Shown here piece after piece: positions 9,430 to 18,572 of a stretch of 36,077 nucleotides of DNA. Below the pieces are notes generated by a model. It was not told where the DNA came from and did no database searches. It saw only the letters and a program-made list of their open reading frames with translations. The position numbers and the translations under genes were made by a program. Each line of letters starts with the position of its first letter. Within the stretch, counting starts at the first letter, position 1. Source of the stretch: a virus (lineage: Duplodnaviria; Heunggongvirae; Uroviricota; Caudoviricetes); IMG/VR virus record IMGVR_UViG_2851971941_000001, positions 1 to 36,077 of that record; one strand, 5' to 3'.

Positions 9430-11451
9430 ATGTCGTTGGAAATTATTTCATTGGAGTTAGTAGCAAATACTTCGGATGGGCGTTATGGTGTTAGTATACC
9501 TTTTTCAAATGGCTTGTTTTTATTAAGAGTTGAGAATTCTCATGGTAAATCAACTTGCATGAATGGGATTGCATATGCACTTGGGATGGAAAAGGCATTA
9601 GGTGTCGGTTCTGGAAAAATCCCATTCCCTCCATCTTTGACTAGAGCACTAACGACAAAAGATAATGTTGAAGTTAGTGTAATATCATCTTATGTTTTGC
9701 TAAAAATAAAGAATCATAAGGGAATAGAAGCATCTTTGAAAAGGAATATTATCGGTCACGATAATAATAATGTTATTTATATAGATGAGAAGAATAATGT
9801 AAAAAGTAAGAGTGGTACTTATTTTTTACATAGAGAGGGCGATACTGAAAGGGAACGTGGTTTCTATAAGTGGTTAGCTGATTTTATAGGTTGGAGTTTG
9901 CCAAATGTTCCAAACCATAATGGGAAGGACACTATTCTTTATCCATCCGTACTTTTCCCTGCATGGTATGTTGAGCAAAAAAAAGGATGGTCGTCAATTA
10001 TGGCGACTGTACCAACACAATTTGGAATTAAAGAGCCAAAGAAAAGAGCTCTAGAATTTTTAATGTCTCTTGATGTTAATGATAATATTTTATTGCGTAG
10101 TTCGTTAAGAAATGAACTTGATATTATTTATCATGATTGGAAGTTAATTAAACACAATGCAGAAGTTATTGCTTCTAAATTGTCGTCAGTTGTCACAGGG
10201 ATTCCTGAACAACCAGTGGCAAAATTTGATCATTATAAGATAGATTTGATTATTAAAAATGGTAGTGTCGTTAGATCTATTGTTGATGTTCGTAATGAAC
10301 TGGAAAAAGAGTTGCAAGAAATTAAGTTTGACACTCTTGGTGAGCAAGAAGAACAAACTTTACAATTATCAGTGGTTAAGTTATTAGGTCAAAAAAATGA
10401 TGAAATTAACTCTCTGGAATTAAAGATTAAAGAGATTTGTGAGCATAGAAGTTATATTCAATATCAAATTCAGGCGACCAAAAACAGATTGTATAATCTG
10501 TTGGAAGATAAAAGGAAGTATGAAGATTTAAAGAAAATATCATCTTCGGATGCGTATAAGTCAACAGATTTAATGTCAAATATTTGTCCGACTTGTGGTG
10601 CAAGTTATAATGATAATTTGCTAAGTTTTTCATCGCAAGAAAATCTGATGACATATGAAGATAGTTTGAACTTTATTAAAGAGCAAGTAAAAGCATTTGA
10701 GTTTGTTCTGTCGGATAGTGAAAAGCAATTAAAGCTTAAAGATGTTGAGAGGAGTGATTTAGAGGGGGAAATAGCCAAGATTAGAGTTGATATTAATGCA
10801 TTAAGGGAGTCAAAATATCCCTCAATGGTTGTTCAGGAGGAGTTTCTGAGACGTAAAATAAACATTGAGAATAAAATTAATGCCATTAACGATGGCATTA
10901 AAAGTATATTGGACATTAGACTGGAGTTGGATTCATTACACCGTAGATATAAAAAGCTTATCGCGAAAAGAAAAGGATTGCCAGATAATTTCTTGTCGCG
11001 TAATGATGCCGATAAGTTAAAATTTCTTAATAAAGAAGTCGTTGCACGATTAGAAAAATATAATTTTACAAGTTTTGATTCTAAACTTGTGTCAATATCA
11101 GAAGATAATTACTTACCTACTAGGGAAGGATATGATATAGGTTTTGACACATCAGCTAGTGATGGAATAAGAATCATTTGGGGTTATTTAATAAGTTTAT
11201 TTGTTGTTGGTTCTAAATTTCAAACAAATCACCCTGGATTGATTGTGTTTGATGAGCCTCGTCAACAAGAAGCAAATAAAGTAAGTTTTGCCGAGTTACT
11301 TAAAGATGCTGCAGAAACAACAAAAGGACAAGGGCAGATCATTTTTGCTACATCAGAAGATGAAAATGTCTTAAAAGAGGCATTAGAAGGGTATGACTAT
11401 ACAATGATATCCTTTGATAAGAACAATGGGAAATTGTTGAGGAAATTATAA
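9430..11451 (+). CDS. Cargo operon gene 3: SMC/Rad50-like ABC ATPase with coiled-coil and central CxxC hook-like motif (673 aa)
   Basis: Walker A-like ENSHGKST (nt 9544..9555 encode GKST); Q-loop-like YVEQKKG near residue 183; long E/K/L-rich heptad-like region about residues 290-540 with CPTC at residues 386-389 (nt 10585..10596); Walker B LIVFDEP (DE at nt 11251..11256) then IIFATSED; no TOPRIM or nuclease domain after the ATPase. Confidence 0.75.
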   Translation: MSLEIISLELVANTSDGRYGVSIPFSNGLFLLRVENSHGKSTCMNGIAYALGMEKALGVGSGKIPFPPSLTRALTTKDNVEVSVISSYVLLKIKNHKGIEASLKRNIIGHDNNNVIYIDEKNNVKSKSGTYFLHREGDTERERGFYKWLADFIGWSLPNVPNHNGKDTILYPSVLFPAWYVEQKKGWSSIMATVPTQFGIKEPKKRALEFLMSLDVNDNILLRSSLRNELDIIYHDWKLIKHNAEVIASKLSSVVTGIPEQPVAKFDHYKIDLIIKNGSVVRSIVDVRNELEKELQEIKFDTLGEQEEQTLQLSVVKLLGQKNDEINSLELKIKEICEHRSYIQYQIQATKNRLYNLLEDKRKYEDLKKISSSDAYKSTDLMSNICPTCGASYNDNLLSFSSQENLMTYEDSLNFIKEQVKAFEFVLSDSEKQLKLKDVERSDLEGEIAKIRVDINALRESKYPSMVVQEEFLRRKINIENKINAINDGIKSILDIRLELDSLHRRYKKLIAKRKGLPDNFLSRNDADKLKFLNKEVVARLEKYNFTSFDSKLVSISEDNYLPTREGYDIGFDTSASDGIRIIWGYLISLFVVGSKFQTNHPGLIVFDEPRQQEANKVSFAELLKDAAETTKGQGQIIFATSEDENVLKEALEGYDYTMISFDKNNGKLLRKL

Positions 11452-11574
11452 ACTTTTATGTTGCTGCATTAGAATGCATGATTATTGTTTATCTGTTAAG
11501 AGTGCTCCGTGCCAGTGTCGGCGCGGAGAAATCATGTCATGCACCTGCATTAAAACCGACCCATGAAGCGGGCG

Positions 11575-11593
11575 GGCGAGGCGGGGAAAGCAC
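11575..11593. other. Candidate cos site: 19-nt GGCGAGGCGGGGAAAGCAC
   Basis: Exact 19-mer seen in the GC-rich non-coding stretch between the cargo operon and Q, the expected cos position; the match to the P2 cohesive-end sequence is recalled from memory, not looked up. Confidence 0.6.
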
Positions 11594-11735
11594 TGCGCGC
11601 TGGCGGTGGTGCTGATTTTATTTTTTCAGCGTCTGAGCGCGTCGTGATGGCGTTTAGATTGTTCGCCGGGGCGTTGGTGTGTCTGCGGGATGTTTTGTGC
11701 GGTGGTGAGCGTGTGAGGGCGTGATGACAGGGTGT

Positions 11736-11756
11736 AAAAAGCCGCCCGCAGGCGGC
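11736..11756 (-). terminator. Rho-independent terminator of the P-Q operon (minus strand)
   Basis: On the minus-strand transcript: GCCGCC-UGCG-GGCGGC hairpin followed by UUUUU, immediately after the Q stop codon. Confidence 0.6.
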
Positions 11757-11761
11757 GATGT

Positions 11762-12796
11762 TCAGCCGTTGTCAGTGTCCAGTGAGTAGTTTTTAAAGCG
11801 GATGACCTCCTGACCTAGCCAGCCGTTTATCTCGCGGATCCTGTCCTGTAACGGGATAAGCTCATTGCGGACAAAGACCTTTGCCACTTTCTCAATATCA
11901 CCCAGCGACCCGACGTTCTCCGGCTTGCCGCCCATCAACTGAAAAGGGATGCGGTGCGCGTCCAGCAGGTCTGCGGCGCTGGCTTTTTTGATATTAAAAA
12001 AATCGTCCTTCGTTGCCACTTCACTGAGCGGGATAATTTTAATGCCGTCGGCTTTCCCTTGCGGGGCATAGAGAAACAGATTTTTAAAGTTGTTGCGGCC
12101 TTTCGACTTCACCATGTTTTCGCGGAGCATTTCGATATCGTTGCGATCCTGCACGGCATCGGTGACGTACATGATGTATCCGGCATGTGCGCCGTTTTCG
12201 TAATACTTGCGGCGGAACAGCGTGGCCGACTCATTCAGCCAGGCAGAGTTAAGGGCGCTGAGATATTCCGGCAGGCCGTACAACTCCTGATTAATATCCG
12301 GCTCCAGCAGGTGAAACACGGAGCCGGGCGCGAAGGCTGTCGGCTCGTTGAAGGATGGCACCCACCAGTAAACATCCTCTTCCACACCACGGCGGGTATA
12401 TTTTGCCGGTGAGGTTTCCAGTCTGATGACCTTACCGGTGGTGCTGTAACGCTTTTCCAGAAACGCATTACCGAACACCAGAAAATCCAGCACAAAGCGG
12501 CTGAAATCCTGCTGAGAAAGCCACGGATGCGGAATAAACGTTGAAGCCAGAATATTGCGTTTAACGTAAATCGGTGAGCTGTGATGCACGGCAGCACGCA
12601 GGCTTTTTGCCAGACCGGTAAAGCTGACCGGTGGCTCATACCATCTGCCGTTACTGATGCATTCGACGTAATTCAGAATGTCACGGCGGTCGAGTACCGG
12701 TACCGGCTCACCAAAGGTGAATGCCTCCATTTTCGGGGCGCTGGCGGTGATTGTTTTTGCCGCAGGTTGCGGTGTTTTCCCTTTTTTCTTGCTCAT
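11762..12796 (-). CDS. Q: Portal protein, P2 gpQ-like (344 aa)
   Basis: 344 aa, the same length as P2 gpQ; start overlaps stop of P; first genes to the right of cos on the opposite strand. Confidence 0.85.
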   Translation of the reverse strand: MSKKKGKTPQPAAKTITASAPKMEAFTFGEPVPVLDRRDILNYVECISNGRWYEPPVSFTGLAKSLRAAVHHSSPIYVKRNILASTFIPHPWLSQQDFSRFVLDFLVFGNAFLEKRYSTTGKVIRLETSPAKYTRRGVEEDVYWWVPSFNEPTAFAPGSVFHLLEPDINQELYGLPEYLSALNSAWLNESATLFRRKYYENGAHAGYIMYVTDAVQDRNDIEMLRENMVKSKGRNNFKNLFLYAPQGKADGIKIIPLSEVATKDDFFNIKKASAADLLDAHRIPFQLMGGKPENVGSLGDIEKVAKVFVRNELIPLQDRIREINGWLGQEVIRFKNYSLDTDNG

Positions 12797-14568
12797 CAGT
12801 AAAACTCCAGAATGGTGGATGTCAGCGGGGTGCTGATACCGGCGGTGAGTGGCTCATTTAACAGGGCGTGCATGGTCGCCCAGGCGAGGTCGGCGTGGCT
12901 GGCTTCCTCGCTGCGGCTGGCCTCATAGGTGGCGCTGCGTCCGCTGCTGGTCATGGTCTTGCGGATAGCCATAAACGAGCTGGTGATGTCGGTGGCGCTG
13001 ACGTCATATTCCAGACAGCCACGGCGAATAACGTCTTTTGCCTTGAGCACCATTGCGGTTTTCATTTCCGGCGTGTAGCGGATATCGCGCGCGGCGGGAT
13101 AGAACGAGCGCACGAGCTGGAACACGCCGACACCGAGGCCGGTGGCATCAATACCGATGTATTCGACGTTGTATTTTTCGGTGAGTTTGCGGATGGATTC
13201 CGCCTGAGTGGCAAAGTCCATGCCTTTCCACTGGTGACGCTCAAGTATTCTGAATTTGCCACCGGCCACCACCGGCGGTGCCAGCACCACGCATCCGGCG
13301 CTGTCGCCACGGTGTGACGGGTCGTAACCAATCCATACCGGGCGGGAGCCGAACGGATTGGCGGCAAACGGCGCATAGTCTTCCCATTCTTCCAGCGTGT
13401 CGACCATACAGCGTTGCAGCTCCTCGAACGGGAACACCGACGCCTTGTCGTCAACAAATTCACACATGAACAGGTTTTTAAAATCGTCGGCGCTGTTTTC
13501 GCGTTTGAGCTGCTCAATGTCGAACAGCGTGCAGCCGCCTTTCAGCGCGTCCTCAATGGTGACAATCTGCCGCCACTGGCCGTCCGCACAGAGAAGCCCA
13601 CCGGCAAGGGCGTTATGACTGACGTCGATTTCCACGCGTTCGGCGGCGCTGGCGCGTCCCCGGTTGAACAGTTCACCCGACCAGAACGGGTAGGCGTCGT
13701 GCGCCAGCGTGGACGGGGTGGAGAAATAGGTCGATCGCAGGTGACTCTGTGAGGCCATACCTGATGCCACCTTACGCAGCACCTGAAAATTCGGGATCCA
13801 GAAAATCTCGTCGACGTACAGGTCGCCGTTATGGCTCTGTGCGGTGTTGGAGTTGGTGCCGAGAAAAATCAGTTTTGCGCCGTTATTGCCCAGGACAATC
13901 GGGTCACCGGTCAGGTCAACGTCAACCAGCCGGGCAAAGGCGATGATGTATTCGCGGAACACATACGCCTGCGTTTTACTGGCCGACAGAAAAATCTGGT
14001 TATGACCGGTTTTCAGGGCGCGCAGCAGCGCCTCGCGGGAAAAATAAAACGTCGCGCCAATCTGGCGGGATTTCAGGATATCGCGGATGCGGTGCTCAAG
14101 CCCGGCGCGATACCAGTGCAACTGATATTCGAAAGACTGCTCAAAGAAAATCTGCTCCAGCTTTTCGATGGCCTCGTCGCTGAAAAAATTCTTTTTCGGT
14201 TTGCGACGCCCGCCTTTGTTGCGGTTAGCGACGTTCGGATTAAGGTCTGCTTCGTTGCCGGTCTGGCTGTAGCGGTTGACCCGTGCCAGTCGTTCAATCT
14301 GGCGTCCGAGCAGGTCAATTTCCTTGAAGTCACCGCCGGTTTTCTGCGGTTTGATGATGAGCTGGGTCAGCCGCGCTTCCAGACTCATTTCGACACGGCT
14401 GATGGGGGCAACGCTGTCCCAGCCGTCGCGCTGTTTCCAGCTCTGCACCGTCGGGCGTTTCATCTGCAACATGGCGGCAATCTGCGGCACGGAAAACCCC
14501 TGCCAGTACAGCAGCGCCGCCTGACGACGCGGGTCGTGTAAAAGAGTGGTGTCTGTGGTGATTGTCAT
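12796..14568 (-). CDS. P: Terminase large (ATPase) subunit, P2 gpP-like (590 aa from internal ATG)
   Basis: ORF extends to 14619 (607 aa), but the ATG at 14568 (MTITTDTT) gives 590 aa, the P2 gpP length, and has a GAGGT ribosome-binding site; divergent from O. Confidence 0.85.
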   Translation of the reverse strand: MTITTDTTLLHDPRRQAALLYWQGFSVPQIAAMLQMKRPTVQSWKQRDGWDSVAPISRVEMSLEARLTQLIIKPQKTGGDFKEIDLLGRQIERLARVNRYSQTGNEADLNPNVANRNKGGRRKPKKNFFSDEAIEKLEQIFFEQSFEYQLHWYRAGLEHRIRDILKSRQIGATFYFSREALLRALKTGHNQIFLSASKTQAYVFREYIIAFARLVDVDLTGDPIVLGNNGAKLIFLGTNSNTAQSHNGDLYVDEIFWIPNFQVLRKVASGMASQSHLRSTYFSTPSTLAHDAYPFWSGELFNRGRASAAERVEIDVSHNALAGGLLCADGQWRQIVTIEDALKGGCTLFDIEQLKRENSADDFKNLFMCEFVDDKASVFPFEELQRCMVDTLEEWEDYAPFAANPFGSRPVWIGYDPSHRGDSAGCVVLAPPVVAGGKFRILERHQWKGMDFATQAESIRKLTEKYNVEYIGIDATGLGVGVFQLVRSFYPAARDIRYTPEMKTAMVLKAKDVIRRGCLEYDVSATDITSSFMAIRKTMTSSGRSATYEASRSEEASHADLAWATMHALLNEPLTAGISTPLTSTILEFY

Positions 14569-14741
14569 GAATACCTCGCCGTGATGAATACACGGCAAGG
14601 CTACTGAGTCGTGCCCCACGATTCGCTAAGGTGCTGTTGTGTCAGTGATAAGCCATCCGGGACTGATGGCGGAGGATGCGCATCGTCGGGAAACTGATGC
14701 CGACATGTGACTCCTCTAATCACTATTCAGGACTCCTGACA
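14569..14741. promoter_or_regulatory. Divergent late-promoter region between P (minus) and O (plus)
   Basis: Only non-coding gap between the two divergent head operons; specific Ogr-type activator site not confidently identified by eye. Confidence 0.4.
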
Positions 14742-15596
14742 ATGGCAAAAAAAGTCTCAAAATTCTTTCGTATCGGCGTTGAGGGTGACACCTGTGACGG
14801 GCGTGTCATCAGTGCGCAGGATATTCAGGAAATGGCCGAAACCTTTGACCCGCGCGTCTATGGTTGCCGCATTAACCTGGAACATCTGCGCGGCATCCTG
14901 CCTGACGGTATTTTTAAACGTTATGGCGATGTGGCCGAACTGAAGGCCGAAAAGATTGACGATGATTCGGCGCTGAAAGGCAAATGGGCGCTGTTTGCGA
15001 AAATCACCCCGACCGATGACCTTATCGCGATGAACAAGGCCGCGCAGAAGGTCTACACCTCAATGGAAATTCAGCCGAACTTTGCCAACACCGGCAAATG
15101 TTATCTGGTGGGTCTGGCCGTCACCGATGACCCGGCAAGCCTCGGCACGGAATACCTGGAATTCTGCCGCACGGCAAAACACAACCCCCTGAACCGCTTC
15201 AAATTAAGCCCTGAAAACCTGATTTCAGTGGCAACGCCTGTTGAGCTGGAATTTGAAGACCTGCCTGAAACCGTGTTCACCGCCCTGACCGAAAAGGTGA
15301 AATCCATTTTTGGCCGCAAACAGGCCAGCGATGACGCCCGTCTGAATGACGTGCATGAAGCGGTGACCGCTGTTGCTGAACATGTGCAGGAAAAATTGAG
15401 CGCCACTGAGCAGCGCCTCGCTGAGGTGGAAACCGCCTTTTCCGCACTTAAGCAGGAGGTGACTGACAGGGCGGATGAAACCAGCCAGGCATTCACCCGC
15501 CTGAAAAACAGTCTCGACCACACCGAAAGTCTGACCCAGCAGCGCCGCAGCAAGGCCACCGGTGGTGGCGGTGACGCCCTGATGACGAACTGCTGA
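14742..15596 (+). CDS. O: Capsid scaffolding protein, P2 gpO-like (284 aa)
   Basis: Internal ATG at 14742 (MAKKVSKFF) gives 284 aa, the P2 gpO length; precedes major capsid gene. Confidence 0.85.
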   Translation: MAKKVSKFFRIGVEGDTCDGRVISAQDIQEMAETFDPRVYGCRINLEHLRGILPDGIFKRYGDVAELKAEKIDDDSALKGKWALFAKITPTDDLIAMNKAAQKVYTSMEIQPNFANTGKCYLVGLAVTDDPASLGTEYLEFCRTAKHNPLNRFKLSPENLISVATPVELEFEDLPETVFTALTEKVKSIFGRKQASDDARLNDVHEAVTAVAEHVQEKLSATEQRLAEVETAFSALKQEVTDRADETSQAFTRLKNSLDHTESLTQQRRSKATGGGGDALMTNC

Positions 15597-15654
15597 CCGG
15601 CGTCAGTCAGTCCGGGAAAACCTTCACGATTAACCCTTAATTTCAGGAAAAACT

Positions 15655-16728
15655 ATGCGCCAGGAAACCCGCTTTAAATTTAATGCCTACCTGTCCCGTG
15701 TTGCCGAACTGAACGGCATCGACGCCGGTGATGTGTCGAAAAAATTCACCGTTGAACCGTCGGTCACCCAGACCCTGATGAACACCATGCAGGAGTCCTC
15801 TGACTTTCTGACCCGCATCAACATTGTGCCGGTCAGCGAAATGAAAGGGGAAAAAATTGGCATCGGTGTCACCGGCTCCATCGCCAGCACCACCGACACC
15901 GCCGGTGGCACCGAGCGTCAGCCGAAGGACTTCTCGAAGCTGGCGTCAAACAAGTACGAATGCGACCAGATTAACTTCGATTTTTATATCCGCTACAAAA
16001 CGCTGGACCTGTGGGCGCGTTATCAGGATTTCCAGCTCCGTGTCCGTAACGCCATTATCAAACGCCAGTCCCTTGATTTCATCATGGCCGGTTTTAACGG
16101 CGTGAAGCGTGCCGAAACCTCTGACCGCAGCAGTAACCCGATGCTGCAGGATGTGGCGGTCGGCTGGCTGCAGAAATACCGCAATGAAGCCCCGGCGCGC
16201 GTGATGAGCAAGGTTACTGACGAGGAAGGTCACACCACCTCTGAGGTCATCCGCGTGGGTAAGGGCGGTGATTATGCCAGCCTCGATGCACTGGTGATGG
16301 ATGCGACCAACAACCTGATTGAGCCGTGGTATCAGGAAGACCCTGACCTTGTGGTGATTGTGGGGCGTCAGCTACTGGCGGACAAGTATTTCCCCATCGT
16401 CAACAAGGAGCAGGACAACAGCGAAATGCTGGCCGCTGACGTCATCATCAGCCAGAAACGCATCGGTAACCTGCCGGCGGTACGCGTCCCGTACTTCCCG
16501 GCGGATGCGATGCTCATCACGAAGCTGGAAAACCTGTCCATCTACTACATGGATGACAGCCATCGCCGCGTGATTGAGGAAAACCCGAAACTCGACCGCG
16601 TGGAGAACTACGAGTCAATGAACATTGATTACGTGGTGGAAGACTACGCCGCCGGTTGTCTGGTGGAAAAAATTAAGGTCGGTGATTTCTCCACACTGGC
16701 TAAAGCGACCGCAGAGCCGGGAGCGTAA
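15655..16728 (+). CDS. N: Major capsid protein, P2 gpN-like (357 aa)
   Basis: 357 aa, the same length as P2 gpN; synteny O-N-M. Confidence 0.85.
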   Translation: MRQETRFKFNAYLSRVAELNGIDAGDVSKKFTVEPSVTQTLMNTMQESSDFLTRINIVPVSEMKGEKIGIGVTGSIASTTDTAGGTERQPKDFSKLASNKYECDQINFDFYIRYKTLDLWARYQDFQLRVRNAIIKRQSLDFIMAGFNGVKRAETSDRSSNPMLQDVAVGWLQKYRNEAPARVMSKVTDEEGHTTSEVIRVGKGGDYASLDALVMDATNNLIEPWYQEDPDLVVIVGRQLLADKYFPIVNKEQDNSEMLAADVIISQKRIGNLPAVRVPYFPADAMLITKLENLSIYYMDDSHRRVIEENPKLDRVENYESMNIDYVVEDYAAGCLVEKIKVGDFSTLAKATAEPGA

Positions 16729-16731
16729 CCG

Positions 16732-17475
16732 ATGACGAGTCCCGCACAGCGCCACATGATGCGGGTCTCGGCAGCGATGACCGCGCAGCGGGAAGCCGCC
16801 CCGCTGCGACATGCAACTGTCTATGAGCAGATGCTGGTTAAGCTCGCCGCAGACCAGCGCACACTGAAAGCGATTTATTCAAAAGAGCTGAAGGCCGCGA
16901 AAAAACGCGAACTGCTGCCGTTCTGGTTGCCGTGGGTGAACGGCGTGCTGGAGCAGGGCAAAGGTGCACAGGATGACATTCTGATGACGGTCATGCTGTG
17001 GCGTCTGGATACCGGCGATATTGCCGGTGCGCTGGAGATTGCCCGTTATGCCCTGAAGTACGGTCTGACCATGCCGGGTAAACACCGCCGTACCCCGCCG
17101 TACATGTTCACCGAGGAGGTAGCGCTTGCGGCCATGCGCGCTCACGCTGCCGGTGAGTCTGTGGATACCCGCCTGCTGACGGAGACCCTTGAACTGACCG
17201 CCACGGCAGACATGCCTGATGAAGTGCGCGCAAAGCTGCACAAAATCACCGGTCTGTTTCTGCGTGACGCTGGTGATGCCGCCGGTGCGCTGGCTCACCT
17301 GCAACGTGCGACACAGCTCGACTGTCAGGCAGGCGTCAAAAAAGAGATTGAACGACTGGAGCGGGAGCTGAAACCGAAGCCGGAGCCGCAGCCCAAAGCA
17401 GCGCCCCGCGCCCCGCGTAAGACCCGGAGCGTGACACCGGCAAAACGTGGACGCCCGAAAAAGAAAGCCAGTTAA
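16732..17475 (+). CDS. M: Terminase small/endonuclease subunit, P2 gpM-like (247 aa)
   Basis: 247 aa, the same length as P2 gpM; basic Lys/Arg/Pro-rich C-terminal tail. Confidence 0.8.
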   Translation: MTSPAQRHMMRVSAAMTAQREAAPLRHATVYEQMLVKLAADQRTLKAIYSKELKAAKKRELLPFWLPWVNGVLEQGKGAQDDILMTVMLWRLDTGDIAGALEIARYALKYGLTMPGKHRRTPPYMFTEEVALAAMRAHAAGESVDTRLLTETLELTATADMPDEVRAKLHKITGLFLRDAGDAAGALAHLQRATQLDCQAGVKKEIERLERELKPKPEPQPKAAPRAPRKTRSVTPAKRGRPKKKAS

Positions 17476-17574
17476 CAACCGAATGCGCCCCGCGCCAGGG
17501 CGGCACGCCGGTCAGTGAGGGTGAATCACCTGACACTGCACCGGCGTCCACCGCCCGACTTTTCAGAGGTAGTC

Positions 17575-18084
17575 ATGATGACGCTGATTATTCCGCGAAA
17601 GGAGGCTCCCGTGTCCGGTGAGGGTACGGTGGTCATCCCGCAACCGGCAGGCGACGAGCCGGTGATTAAAAACACGTTCTTTTTTCCCGATATCGACCCG
17701 AAGCGCGTCCGGGAACGTATGCGCCTTGAGCAGACCGTCGCCCCCGCCCGTCTGCGTGAGGCCATCAAGTCAGGCATGGCGGAGACGAATGCGGAGCTGT
17801 ACGAGTACCGCGAACAGAAAATTGCCGCCGGTTTTACGCGTCTGGCGGACGTCCCGGCGGACGACATCGACGGTGAAAGCATCAAAGTTTTTTACTACGA
17901 GCGCGCCGTGTGTGCGATGGCGACCGCATCGCTTTATGAGCGTTATCGCGGCGTGGATGCCAGTGCGAAAGGCGACAAGAAGGCCGACAGCATTGACAGC
18001 ACCATTGATGAGCTGTGGCGGGATATGCGCTGGGCGGTGGCGCGCATCCAGGACAAACCGCGCTGCATCGTGAGTCAAATCTGA
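17575..18084 (+). CDS. L: Head completion/stabilisation protein, P2 gpL-like (169 aa)
   Basis: Internal start MMTLIIPRKEAPV gives 169 aa, the P2 gpL length; synteny. Confidence 0.8.
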   Translation: MMTLIIPRKEAPVSGEGTVVIPQPAGDEPVIKNTFFFPDIDPKRVRERMRLEQTVAPARLREAIKSGMAETNAELYEYREQKIAAGFTRLADVPADDIDGESIKVFYYERAVCAMATASLYERYRGVDASAKGDKKADSIDSTIDELWRDMRWAVARIQDKPRCIVSQI

Positions 18085-18287
18085 TGAAGACCTTTGCGCT
18101 ACAGGGCGACACGCTCGACGCCATCTGTGTCCGGTATTACGGGCGCACTGAGGGCGTGGTTGAGACCGTGCTCGCCGCAAATCCGGGACTGGCTGAACTG
18201 GGTGCGGTGCTGCCACACGGCACCGCCGTCGAACTGCCCGACGTTCAGACCGCGCCCGTGGCTGAAACTGTCAATCTGTGGGAGTAA
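18084..18287 (+). CDS. X: Tail protein X (67 aa)
   Basis: ATG at 18084 overlapping stop of L; 67 aa, the same length as P2 gpX. Confidence 0.75.
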   Translation: MKTFALQGDTLDAICVRYYGRTEGVVETVLAANPGLAELGAVLPHGTAVELPDVQTAPVAETVNLWE

Positions 18288-18290
18288 CGC

Positions 18291-18572
18291 ATGACAGCAG
18301 AAGAAAAAAGCGTCCTGTCGCTTTTCATGATTGGGGTGCTGATTGTTGTCGGCAAGGTGCTTGCCGGTGGTGAACCCATCACCCCGCGTCTGTTTATCGG
18401 GCGCATGTTGCTCGGTGGTTTTGTCTCGATGGTTGCCGGTGTTGTTCTGGTGCAGTTTCCTGACCTGTCACTGCCTGCGGTGTGCGGCATCGGCTCCATG
18501 CTGGGTATCGCCGGTTATCAGGTGATTGAGATTGCCATTCAGCGCCGCTTTAAGGGCAGGGGGAAACCGTAA
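18291..18572 (+). CDS. Y: Holin, P2 gpY-like (93 aa)
   Basis: 93 aa with three hydrophobic membrane segments; directly precedes endolysin. Confidence 0.8.
   Translation: MTAEEKSVLSLFMIGVLIVVGKVLAGGEPITPRLFIGRMLLGGFVSMVAGVVLVQFPDLSLPAVCGIGSMLGIAGYQVIEIAIQRRFKGRGKP

Noticed and set aside
9430-11451. Possibility that the cargo ATPase is a P2 Old homologue (OLD-family nuclease) or a PARIS AriA or Septu PtuA ATPase
   Set aside because: No TOPRIM or other nuclease domain follows Walker B, the protein has a long central coiled coil, and it is the last rather than the first gene of its operon; architecture fits SMC/Rad50-like proteins better.
13831-14541. 236-aa plus-strand ORF antisense to terminase gene P, and similar long antisense or alternative-frame ORFs (e.g. 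16879..17478, 23386..23997, 23801..24511, 25001..25621, 31519..32208, 33026..33598, 34866..35645)
   Set aside because: All lie within or opposite well-supported genes in GC-rich sequence, where stop codons are rare on every frame; their translations are low-complexity Arg/Ala/Gly-rich, typical of spurious ORFs.
14569-14741. Specific Ogr-type activator sites (TGT-N12-ACA) upstream of the late operons
   Set aside because: I could not find an exact match by eye in the P/O, V or FI upstream regions; late promoters are certainly present but I do not assert precise coordinates without a motif scan.
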